Positions 1-8,047 of a stretch of 64,000 nucleotides of DNA are shown piece by piece (the first letter of the stretch is position 1; the number at the start of each line of letters is the position of its first letter). Below the pieces are notes generated by a model. The model saw nothing but the letters and a program-made list of their open reading frames with translations, was not told the origin of the DNA and made no database searches. A program made the translations under genes and the position numbers. Origin of the DNA: an uncultured Spirochaetota bacterium (GTDB lineage: Bacteria > Spirochaetota > Spirochaetia > SZUA-6 > Fen-1364); assembly GCA_963820525.1 (NCBI GenBank), contig CAWGAA010000001.1, positions 1,888,001 through 1,952,000 of the forward strand. Reading direction: 5' to 3'.

Positions 1-1251
1 CTGGCGGCCGTGGGATCCACGCGGGCGTACGTCCACTTCTCCGAGACGGTGTTCGGAAACGCGGCCCAGACCGCGCCGATCGGGACGGGAAGCCTGGTGT
101 ATTCAGACGGCACTAACTCGATAACCGCCGTCACGCCGGTTGAGCGTGATGCCACCGGGATCGGCGCGCATGCCGCGGTGATCACGTTTACAAGCCCACT
201 GACAGTGGCGAACGTCCTGCCCTCCAGTGCTCAAACCTTCAGCGTCGCGACGGGCGCGATCTGGGGTGTACCCGCGGCGGTGGATCCCGGGACTGTCGTA
301 CCGGCGCCGTTCCCCAACAACACCAACCTCGACAACAACCTCCCCCCGAACGCTGTCCGCTCGATGCTCAACGGGTCCACGACGCCGAGCGCCCTCGCCC
401 ATCTCGTCTCGGACGTCGGGCTGAACCTGGTAGAGCCGGTTTACGCCTACGACACCACGATCCTCCGAGACCCGGTGCGAGGCGGAATTGGCAAAGTCAC
501 GACGTTCGACGGCAGCCAATGGCTGCGGCCTCGCGATACCCAACTTGAAGCACGGATCATGGCGACTGCTCCCGTGTCGACGGACGCGCTCGGCCTCTGG
601 TGGGACGTGAACCCCCAGGATCCCATCCTGCTGAACGGCCTGTGGATACCGCCCTCGGCCTCGACCCTGTTCCCCCATCCGCCGGGAACCCCCCAGCCGG
701 CCCCCGCGCTTCCCGACGGAACTGACCGCTTTCACAACCCCAACACGGCGGCACGAACCACGGCCCAGCCTCCCGCCGTCAACGGCGCGCTTCGGGATTT
801 CCTCATCCCCGGCAACGACCCTGAGTTCACGAGCGGGGCAAGGCTCCAGTTCCTCTTCCTGATCAATGACGGCGGGCACCTCTTCCCCTGCGCCCGCCTG
901 GCGGACCCCAACGATCCCACCTCCGCCCGGCCCTTCGAATATCAGCTGAACGAGCTTCAGGGGCAGCGGGCCAACGTGACAATCACCAACAATGTGATCA
1001 ATCCCGCCAACCACGAGGTGGCGCACCTGACGTACGTCATGAGCAAGCCCGGCAAGGTGACGATCACCGTCTTCGATCTCAAGGGCGACATCGTCGACGT
1101 CCTGTTCAGCGGAACGCAGACGGCGGGGGAGCACACGACGGGTTGGGACGGAAAGAACCGGGGCGGCCGCATCGTGGCCCGCGGCATCTATTTCATCAGG
1201 GCTGTGGGGCCGGGATTCGACGAGTTCAGAAAGGTCCTGGTGGTACGGTAG
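1..1251 (+). CDS. 3' part of a large secreted/surface protein with a C-terminal FlgD-Ig-like domain (5'-truncated by window edge)
   Basis: Frame is open from base 1. Body is Thr/Pro/Ala-rich and beta-rich. C-terminus NNVINP...VTITVFDLKGDIVDVL...WDGKNRGGRIVARGIYFIR...RKVLVVR fits the FlgD_ig pattern. Confidence 0.75.
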   Translation: MAAVGSTRAYVHFSETVFGNAAQTAPIGTGSLVYSDGTNSITAVTPVERDATGIGAHAAVITFTSPLTVANVLPSSAQTFSVATGAIWGVPAAVDPGTVVPAPFPNNTNLDNNLPPNAVRSMLNGSTTPSALAHLVSDVGLNLVEPVYAYDTTILRDPVRGGIGKVTTFDGSQWLRPRDTQLEARIMATAPVSTDALGLWWDVNPQDPILLNGLWIPPSASTLFPHPPGTPQPAPALPDGTDRFHNPNTAARTTAQPPAVNGALRDFLIPGNDPEFTSGARLQFLFLINDGGHLFPCARLADPNDPTSARPFEYQLNELQGQRANVTITNNVINPANHEVAHLTYVMSKPGKVTITVFDLKGDIVDVLFSGTQTAGEHTTGWDGKNRGGRIVARGIYFIRAVGPGFDEFRKVLVVR

Positions 1252-1261
1252 GGGCAGCTTT

Positions 1262-2455
1262 TCAGTTCTTCAAGGGCATGCCGATCCATGCCGTAGGATC
1301 GGCCATGTCCTTGGCGATGAGGCCGATGTCCACCGGCTCGGTCATCTCGGCAACGATGTAGCGCTTGTCGGCGAAGCTGATGGTGGCGCCCTGGCGATCC
1401 AGCTTCACGCCGGCAAGGGCGTGGCCATAGCGGGGGGAAACGAAGATCATCGCATCGTATCCGAGCTGATCGAGGAGGGCGGCGTAGAGAAGGGCCCGCG
1501 AATCGCAGTCTCCGGCCTCGGATGCCGCCACGGCGATGGGTGAGAGAAAATCAGAAAGTGTGCCCGTGCGCTGGAAGGTGAAGCCCTGGATCCAGCAAAG
1601 GAGCGTCGTGGGGGTGTCTTGCGGGGCAACCCCACGCGCTTCCATCTCCCGCTTAAGCCCGGCCAGTATCCCGTCCAGCCTGTGGTAGCCGTCGCGAAAG
1701 ATCATCCTGTAGAACCGCTGCCAGGCCGGTATCTGGCCGGCCTTGTACGATGCGAGAAGGCGCGCCTCGCGCTCAACCAGGGCCTGCTCGGATTCCTGCT
1801 CGCCCTTTCCCACAGTCACCGGGAGGGTCTCGCCGAGGAATTGGATCGCCAGGGTCTTTCGATCATCATCGGGGTAGGCATCGGAAAGCTGACTGATCGG
1901 GCCGGGGAGGAGCTTGGCGGCCTGGTCAGGGGAAAACGAGTCCAGGGCGGAGAGAAGATCGTCCCGCGCCTTTTCGTACCTTTCGATTGGAGCGAACGCG
2001 ATGAGTATTCCATCCAGGGTGGGCGGCGATATTCCCCCCCTGTCCAGGGCACGCACAACCAGAATGAACCCCCGGAAGGGATTGCCGGCCGAGGTGAATG
2101 TGACGTCAGAGAGATAGCAGTCCCTGCCGGAGAAGGAGAAAACCGTGCCGCTCCCCTCTCCCTTGAGCTGCTTTCTGAGGTCGTTCTCCATCTGCTGGGC
2201 AGTTATCGATCTTTCATGCGCGAAAATCGAAATCTGAAGCATGGCGCCGCTTGCCGGATCGGTGAAGGAGAGCTTCGCCATATCCGACGCATCGAACGGA
2301 ATCCATCCCTCGGGCAGGTCGAGCGAGTACCCGTATTCCTTGACGGAAAGGACTTCCGCCCGCGCCGGACACGGTAAGAAAAGAAGCGCGAGAAAGAGCC
2401 CCGCGCATGCCGCAGCTGCCCAGCGTCCGCGCAAATGTCGGCCTTCAATCGTCAT
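1262..2455 (-). CDS. Secreted transglutaminase-like (Cys-protease fold) protein
   Basis: N-terminal signal peptide (..LFLPCPARA). GDCDSRALLYAALL, GHALAGV and VAEMT motifs suggest a Cys-His-acid triad. Confidence 0.65.
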   Translation of the reverse strand: MTIEGRHLRGRWAAAACAGLFLALLFLPCPARAEVLSVKEYGYSLDLPEGWIPFDASDMAKLSFTDPASGAMLQISIFAHERSITAQQMENDLRKQLKGEGSGTVFSFSGRDCYLSDVTFTSAGNPFRGFILVVRALDRGGISPPTLDGILIAFAPIERYEKARDDLLSALDSFSPDQAAKLLPGPISQLSDAYPDDDRKTLAIQFLGETLPVTVGKGEQESEQALVEREARLLASYKAGQIPAWQRFYRMIFRDGYHRLDGILAGLKREMEARGVAPQDTPTTLLCWIQGFTFQRTGTLSDFLSPIAVAASEAGDCDSRALLYAALLDQLGYDAMIFVSPRYGHALAGVKLDRQGATISFADKRYIVAEMTEPVDIGLIAKDMADPTAWIGMPLKN

Positions 2456-2658
2456 GATTCTTCCCTAGTTATTTTATCGTACCACGGGCTGGAAAACGCG
2501 AGGGCTTTCGCCTACGGCTGGTCTACCCGCCCATGAGCCGTACCAGAAAACGCCTTCTAATGGCTTCTCCTGCCGGGCGCATTAGCACCCTCCAAATCCC
2601 GAGTTGCTATAAGCTAGAAAGCCGCCATTTTAACTATCATTTTGATTCAATTTATCTC

Positions 2659-2687
2659 TTTACAAAACATATTATGTAATATATAAT
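2659..2687 (+). promoter_or_regulatory. Near-consensus sigma70 promoter of the RCC1-repeat lipoprotein gene
   Basis: TTTACA (2659-2664), 17 nt, TATAAT (2682-2687) in an AT-rich island. AGGAGG RBS precedes ATG 2714. Confidence 0.7.
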
Positions 2688-2713
2688 TGCGCAAAATGTC
2701 TTAGGAGGAACCA

Positions 2714-4717
2714 ATGAAAAAGCTCATTCGTTTCCTGGGAGGGCTTCTCGCCCTCGGTTTCTGCCTTGCCGCGATCAGCGGATGTATGCCGCCGATGGGT
2801 CCCTTGAGCGACACAAACAGCGACGGCTCGGTGGTCTTGAACTTCTCTGATGGCCGGGCAAAAACAATTGTGCCCGCCGTCAGCCTGGACATCGCAACCT
2901 ACGACATCAGCTTCACACGCTCCGGCCAGCCCACCGTCACCCTCAACGGAGTTCCCGGCGCAACAACCCAGACCCAGCCCGTGTATCTCAAACCCGGTCC
3001 CTGGACAGTCACGGCGACCGCCAAGAACGCCTTAGGGGACATCATCGGGGTGGGCACTAACACAGTCACGGTGAACGCGGGACACACATCCACCGTAAGC
3101 CTCACCATTCTGTCCCTTTTGGGAGACGGGCCCCTCACGTTGAGCGCCACAACAAGCGAGCTTTCCATGAGCTCCCCCTCCGTGGTGGCGACCCTCACCC
3201 CCGGAAGCGGAGGAAGTACTATCCCGTTGAGCTTCACCATGGGCACGGGAAGCGCCGAGTACAGCGGATCGGTTTTGGCGGGGACCTACCTGTTGCTTCT
3301 TGAGCTGTGGGACGGAACGGTGAAGCTTGCAAGCTACGTAGACACGGTGCTTGTGGTGGCGAACTTTCCCACCTCTGCTTCTTTCGCCTTCAAGCCCAAG
3401 AACGGCTCGGTGATCGTTGAGCTTTTGGACCAGATCACGCGGGCTATTCCTATCACCTTGAGTGGGGCGCAGTCGACGCTCAGCGTGGGATCCACGATGA
3501 CGGTGACCGCTACACCTGCAGTACCAGTTGACAGCTACCAGTGGTACCTGGATGGGGAGTCGATCAGCGGAGCAACGACCAATCAGGTGACGGTGGGCAG
3601 CGGGTTGGAGGAGGGGGACTACACCCTGACCGTGGCGGTGAAGAAGGGCTTGGTGTACAGCTCGGAGAGTATCGATTTCACGGTGACGCCGGCCGCAGGG
3701 GGCATAAAAGCCGTCTCAGTGGGAGGTGCGCACACCATGATCCTGAAGACCGATGCCACCCTATGGGCTTGTGGGTTGAACGATTGCGGCCAGTTAGGCG
3801 ACGGCACCACCACCAATCGATCCACTCCCGTCCAGATTATGACCGGCATAGCTTCCGTTTCGGCGGGAAGTGCCCACACCATGATCCTGAAGACCGATGG
3901 CACCCTCTGGGCTTGCGGATACAACTACAACGGCCAGCTTGGAGACGGCACCACCACCAATCAATCCACTCCAGTCCAGGTGATGACCGGCGTGGCTTCC
4001 GTCGCAGCCGGAACTTTCCACACAATGATCCTTAGAACAGATGGTGCGCTTTGGGCTTGCGGCTGGAACAACGGCGGCCAACTCGGCGACGGCACAACAA
4101 CTCAGCGTCTTTCTCCCGTGCAAGTCATGACTGGCGTGGCTTCTGTCTTGGTGGGGGACCTGCATACCATGATCCTGAAGACTGACGGCAGCCTCTGGGC
4201 TTGCGGCTGGAACGGCTACGGCCAGCTCGGCGACGGCACCACCACCAATCAATCCACTCCAGTCCAGGTGATGACCGGCGTGGCTTCTGTTTCAGCAGGA
4301 GGAGAGCACTCTATGATCATGAAGACCGACAGCACCCTCTGGGCCTGCGGGTGGAACTACTACGGCCAGCTCGGTGACGGCACTACCACTGACCAATACT
4401 CTCCTGTCCAAGTGATGACTGGTGCGGCTTCAGTTTCGGCGGGTGATATCCACACCATGATTCTGAAGACCGACGGCACCCTCTGGGCCTGCGGATACAA
4501 CTATTACGGCCAGCTCGGCGACGGCACCACCACGGACCAGCACTCTCCAGTCCAGGTGATGATCGACGTGGCCATTGTCTCAGCATCAGAAGCAGGGGAG
4601 CACACCATGATCATAAAGACCGACGGCACACTCTGGGCCTGCGGCTGGAATGTCTACGGCCAGCTCGGGGACGGCACCACCACGGATCGTCACACGCCTG
4701 TGCAGATTTACTTCTAG
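2714..4717 (+). CDS. Lipoprotein with Ig-like stalk domains and a C-terminal 7-bladed RCC1/BLIP-II-like beta-propeller
   Basis: Lipobox-like LAAISGC. Ser/Thr-rich beta domains including YQWYLDG. Seven repeats of HTMILKTDGTLWACGxNxxGQLGDGTTT. Confidence 0.85.
   Translation: MKKLIRFLGGLLALGFCLAAISGCMPPMGPLSDTNSDGSVVLNFSDGRAKTIVPAVSLDIATYDISFTRSGQPTVTLNGVPGATTQTQPVYLKPGPWTVTATAKNALGDIIGVGTNTVTVNAGHTSTVSLTILSLLGDGPLTLSATTSELSMSSPSVVATLTPGSGGSTIPLSFTMGTGSAEYSGSVLAGTYLLLLELWDGTVKLASYVDTVLVVANFPTSASFAFKPKNGSVIVELLDQITRAIPITLSGAQSTLSVGSTMTVTATPAVPVDSYQWYLDGESISGATTNQVTVGSGLEEGDYTLTVAVKKGLVYSSESIDFTVTPAAGGIKAVSVGGAHTMILKTDATLWACGLNDCGQLGDGTTTNRSTPVQIMTGIASVSAGSAHTMILKTDGTLWACGYNYNGQLGDGTTTNQSTPVQVMTGVASVAAGTFHTMILRTDGALWACGWNNGGQLGDGTTTQRLSPVQVMTGVASVLVGDLHTMILKTDGSLWACGWNGYGQLGDGTTTNQSTPVQVMTGVASVSAGGEHSMIMKTDSTLWACGWNYYGQLGDGTTTDQYSPVQVMTGAASVSAGDIHTMILKTDGTLWACGYNYYGQLGDGTTTDQHSPVQVMIDVAIVSASEAGEHTMIIKTDGTLWACGWNVYGQLGDGTTTDRHTPVQIYF
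3700..4714 (+). repeat. Seven intragenic tandem repeats of 144 bp (48 aa)
   Basis: The conserved His codon recurs at 3731, 3875, 4019, 4163, 4307, 4451 and 4601 (last spacing 150 bp). Confidence 0.9.
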
Positions 4718-4731
4718 CGGATGACATGAGT

Positions 4732-4756
4732 CCCGCCGCACCTTCTAGGCGGCGGG
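4732..4756 (+). terminator. GC-rich hairpin downstream of the RCC1 gene
   Basis: CCCGCCGC-N9-GCGGCGGG, with no strong U-tract. Confidence 0.4.
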
Positions 4757-4824
4757 GCCCATCATGATTAGCGCTTGAGGCGTCATTACTGCCGGGCCGG
4801 GCAACACGCCCTGCCGGGCGCACC

Positions 4825-4858
4825 AAACAAAAAGGCCGCCGGGTAGGCGGCCTTTCTT
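4825..4858 (-). terminator. Intrinsic terminator between convergent genes, possibly bidirectional
   Basis: AAAGGCCGCC-GGGTA-GGCGGCCTTT flanked by A and T runs. Confidence 0.7.
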
Positions 4859-4876
4859 GGGGAGTCTTCCTTTATC

Positions 4877-5413
4877 CTAGAACAGCTTGAAGAGGGCGCT
4901 CACGCCGACCCAGGGCCTCGTGTATTTGAAGAAGTCTGGCTTTGTAAAGTCAGAGATCGAGCTCATGTACCAGTAGCCGTCCACGCCGATGGCAAAGGAA
5001 CCGATGTTGATGTCCGCGGCGAGCTTGAAGTTCAAGCCGATGGGCACGGCATCCTTGGGAGAGTTGGGCGTGTTGGCGAGTGCGATGTAGAAGTTCGGCC
5101 CGACGCCCGCGCCAAGGCGGAGGAACAGGACATCGAAGCACAGGCCAATGTCGGTGAGCACCGTCAGGGAGGGAGGAAGCGGCACCTGGGCGTAGAGATC
5201 CTCGGGATAATAGACGGCAGCAAGGCTGCCCTGCAGGATGCTTACGTTCAGGCGCGTATCGAGCCCAAAGGTGAAGTCGTTCAAGGTGATGCCGTTGGAG
5301 ATCTCGGAAACATCGCCCTTGTACATCGCCACACCGCCGATCTGGAAATCGGCAAAGGCTATCGCGGGTATCACTGCAAGGATTAATACGGCGAGAATTG
5401 CAAGCTTCTTCAT
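4877..5413 (-). CDS. Small outer-membrane beta-barrel-like protein (178 aa)
   Basis: Start MKKLAILAVLILAVIPAIAFA at 5413 behind GGAGG. Alternating amphipathic strands and C-terminal ...VSALFKLF (terminal Phe). Confidence 0.65.
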   Translation of the reverse strand: MKKLAILAVLILAVIPAIAFADFQIGGVAMYKGDVSEISNGITLNDFTFGLDTRLNVSILQGSLAAVYYPEDLYAQVPLPPSLTVLTDIGLCFDVLFLRLGAGVGPNFYIALANTPNSPKDAVPIGLNFKLAADINIGSFAIGVDGYWYMSSISDFTKPDFFKYTRPWVGVSALFKLF

Positions 5414-5471
5414 GCGCGCACCTCCTATGGAGAGAAACATACTCCAATTGTAGCGCCCGGAGGATTGCTTT

Positions 5472-6872
5472 TCAACGTTTGATGAACTCTTTGATACGTT
5501 TTGCCGCACACCGACATGCCTCGCCCAGCCGCTGGATGTCCTCCAGCGTATGAGCCATCGAGATCGACCCCAGGCCGTGCATGACGTGCACGTCCTCCAG
5601 GAGCAGGGCGAGCTGCAAGACTTTTTCGGAAAGTTCCACATCGCAGACCTGGGGATTCTTGGTCTGCTCGGGAGAGGTGAAGGCCGTGCCTTCGCGGTAG
5701 GGGAACTGCACCGCCCCTACCGAGCTCCCGGAGAGAGCCTCGTTGGGGTCTCCCGTGCAGCGCGCAAGGATCCCCTCGGCGGCGAACGCCTCTTCGACGG
5801 TCCGCCGCGCTCTCTCTCCAAGAGCGCCGAGCGCCGGATAGATTTCCCCTTCATGCTCGACGAGCCAGCTCATCATGGTCTTGCCCGCGAGAAGCGACGC
5901 CGGGTGGCAGGAATAGGTTCCGCCAGAAAAGCGCACGCCGCCGCTTCGACCCGCAAGAGCCATAATATCGGCGCGGCCCGCGACGGCTGCCACGGGCATG
6001 CCGCCGCCGATCGCCTTGGCGTACGTTGCTAGGTCCGGCGAAACACCGTAGAGGCGGCTCGCGCTGCTCGCCGAGAAACGGAACCCCGAGATGACCTCAT
6101 CGAATATGAGAACGGCCCCATGCCGGGAGGTGAGCTCCCGCGCAGCCTTCAGGTACTCGCTGTCCGCGGGAATGAAGCCGGCCGAGCCCATGACCGGCTC
6201 GAGGATGAGGCAAGCGATCTTTCCGCCGTGGCTCTTGAACTGGTCCTCCAGCATCTGTGCATCGTTGAAGCGGGTGACCACCACCTCACGCTCCACGGCG
6301 CCGGGCAGCCCTCGGCTCTCCGCGTGCTGGAAGCTCCTGCCGTTCTCCGTATGGAAGTCGACCCCGATGAGCCCCCAGGGCTGGGCGCCGTGCCATCCCC
6401 CGCCCGCCTTCATCACGAGAGAGCGGCCGGTGAAGGCACGGGCAAGGAGCAGCGCGTACATCGTGGAAAGCGAGCCGCTCGTCGTGAAGCGGACCCTCTC
6501 GGCCCCCGTGCGGCTGCAGATGAGCTGGGCCGCCTCCACCTGGAGCCTGTCCGTGAACCCGGTCTGCAGACCCGAGCCGCCGCGAAACGCCGCGGCGAGC
6601 GCCTCGGTGACAATGGGCGGATTGTGGCCCAGGATGTTGGCGAAATGCCCCTGCCAGAAATCGAGGATCTCATGTCCGTCCTCGTCGATAACGAAGCTTC
6701 CCCTGGCCTCCCGGATGCGGGGCGGGAACGGCTTGATGAGCCGCACAGTGTGGCTGCCGCCGTCGATCATGAGCTTCAGGGCTTCCTGGTTGAGGCGGGC
6801 GGAGGCGGGCGAATGAAGCTCGTATTCGGCGGCGAGGCGCGCGATGAGCACGGAGTGATCTCTCTGCTGCAT
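5472..6872 (-). CDS. Class-III PLP aminotransferase, glutamate-1-semialdehyde aminomutase-like
   Basis: Motifs DEDGHEILDF, RFTTSG, LIFDEVISGFR, ATYAKAIGGGMP (PLP Lys) and SGGT. Start reassigned to ATG 6872. Divergent from true HemL, so no symbol given. Confidence 0.8.
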   Translation of the reverse strand: MQQRDHSVLIARLAAEYELHSPASARLNQEALKLMIDGGSHTVRLIKPFPPRIREARGSFVIDEDGHEILDFWQGHFANILGHNPPIVTEALAAAFRGGSGLQTGFTDRLQVEAAQLICSRTGAERVRFTTSGSLSTMYALLLARAFTGRSLVMKAGGGWHGAQPWGLIGVDFHTENGRSFQHAESRGLPGAVEREVVVTRFNDAQMLEDQFKSHGGKIACLILEPVMGSAGFIPADSEYLKAARELTSRHGAVLIFDEVISGFRFSASSASRLYGVSPDLATYAKAIGGGMPVAAVAGRADIMALAGRSGGVRFSGGTYSCHPASLLAGKTMMSWLVEHEGEIYPALGALGERARRTVEEAFAAEGILARCTGDPNEALSGSSVGAVQFPYREGTAFTSPEQTKNPQVCDVELSEKVLQLALLLEDVHVMHGLGSISMAHTLEDIQRLGEACRCAAKRIKEFIKR

Positions 6873-7183
6873 GGTCAGAGGCAATATAGGAAAGCGGACG
6901 CGATTGATCAAGGGCAGCAAGGCGCAGCGGCAGCTTCGCGCTGCCGCTGGGTGAGGCGGCGGCCGTTTGAGGGGCGATGCGGCGAAGGGACGCGCAGGTG
7001 ATGCGCGGCCGGGCCGCCGCAAGCCGGCGCAGCGAAGGGACGCGCAAAACCGGCGCGGGGGCCGCAAGTCGGAGCATGCCTCCACAAGCCTCGCGGGGGC
7101 CGCAAACTGCGCATGACGCCGCAAGAATCGGGTTGCTCTTCCACCTCCCCAGGGAGATCATTACTATCAGTGAGGTAACATCT

Positions 7184-8047
7184 ATGGCGGATTTGGAGCA
7201 GATGTCCCAGGATTACAAGCGCATCGAGCAGACGATCCGGTTCCTGGAGTCGAACTTCAGGCGGCAGCCTTCTCTTGCAGAGATCGCCCAGGGCGCGGGG
7301 GTGAGCGAGTTCCACTTCCAGCGCCTCTTCAGCCGCTGGGTGGGGATCAGCCCCAAGAGGTTCCTGCAGTTTCTCACCAAGGAGTACGCCAAGAAGCTCC
7401 TGGAGGATTCCCGCGACGTGCTGGACGTTGCCTACAGCGCCGGCCTCTCCGGCCCGGGACGCCTGCACGACCTTTTCGTGAACTGCGAGGCCATGACCCC
7501 CGGAGAGTACCGGCAGAGGGGCGGAGGGCTCACCGTGAGCTATGGGATCCACCCGTCGCCCTTCGGAGACTTCGCCCTTGCGGTCACCGACCGCGGCATC
7601 TGCGGGCTTCGCTTCCTCCGCGAGGAGGGAGAGGAGGGGATCGACGAGTGGCTCGCCCGGGCGTGGCCGAACGCGCGGGTGGAGCGGGACCAGCGGGCGA
7701 CGAAACCCCTGGCGGAGAGGGCCTTCTCCTTCGCCGCCGAAAATCCTCCGTCACCCCTCTATCTTTTCGTCCGGGGAACGAACTTCCAGATCAAGGTCTG
7801 GGAGGCCCTGCTCAAGATACCGCTGGGAAAAGCGGTGAGCTACGAGGACATTGCCCGCCACATCGGGCTTCCCGGCGCGACGCGGGCCGTGGGAAGCGCC
7901 GTGGGGGCCAACCCCATTCCCTTCCTCATCCCCTGCCACCGGGTGATCAGGAAGATGGGGGACTTCGGAAATTACGGGGAAGGGCCGCGGCGCAAAAAGG
8001 CCATCCTCGGCTGGGAGGCTGCACTTCATGAACGACTTTCCGTCTGA
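7184..8047 (+). CDS. AraC-HTH / methylated-DNA--protein-cysteine methyltransferase fusion (Ada-like, no N-terminal Zn domain)
   Basis: PSLAEIA...SEFHFQRLFSRWVGISPKRFL HTH. GTNFQIKVW and active-site IPCHRV. GAGG RBS before ATG 7184. Confidence 0.9.
   Translation: MADLEQMSQDYKRIEQTIRFLESNFRRQPSLAEIAQGAGVSEFHFQRLFSRWVGISPKRFLQFLTKEYAKKLLEDSRDVLDVAYSAGLSGPGRLHDLFVNCEAMTPGEYRQRGGGLTVSYGIHPSPFGDFALAVTDRGICGLRFLREEGEEGIDEWLARAWPNARVERDQRATKPLAERAFSFAAENPPSPLYLFVRGTNFQIKVWEALLKIPLGKAVSYEDIARHIGLPGATRAVGSAVGANPIPFLIPCHRVIRKMGDFGNYGEGPRRKKAILGWEAALHERLSV

Noticed and set aside
3700..4714. Regular repeats as a CRISPR array
   Set aside because: They are in-frame 144-bp coding repeats with no unique spacers, and no cas genes are present.
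5472..6872. Calling the aminotransferase hemL
   Set aside because: The N-terminal substrate motif is atypical (GGSHTVR, SGSLSTM) and there are no tetrapyrrole genes nearby.
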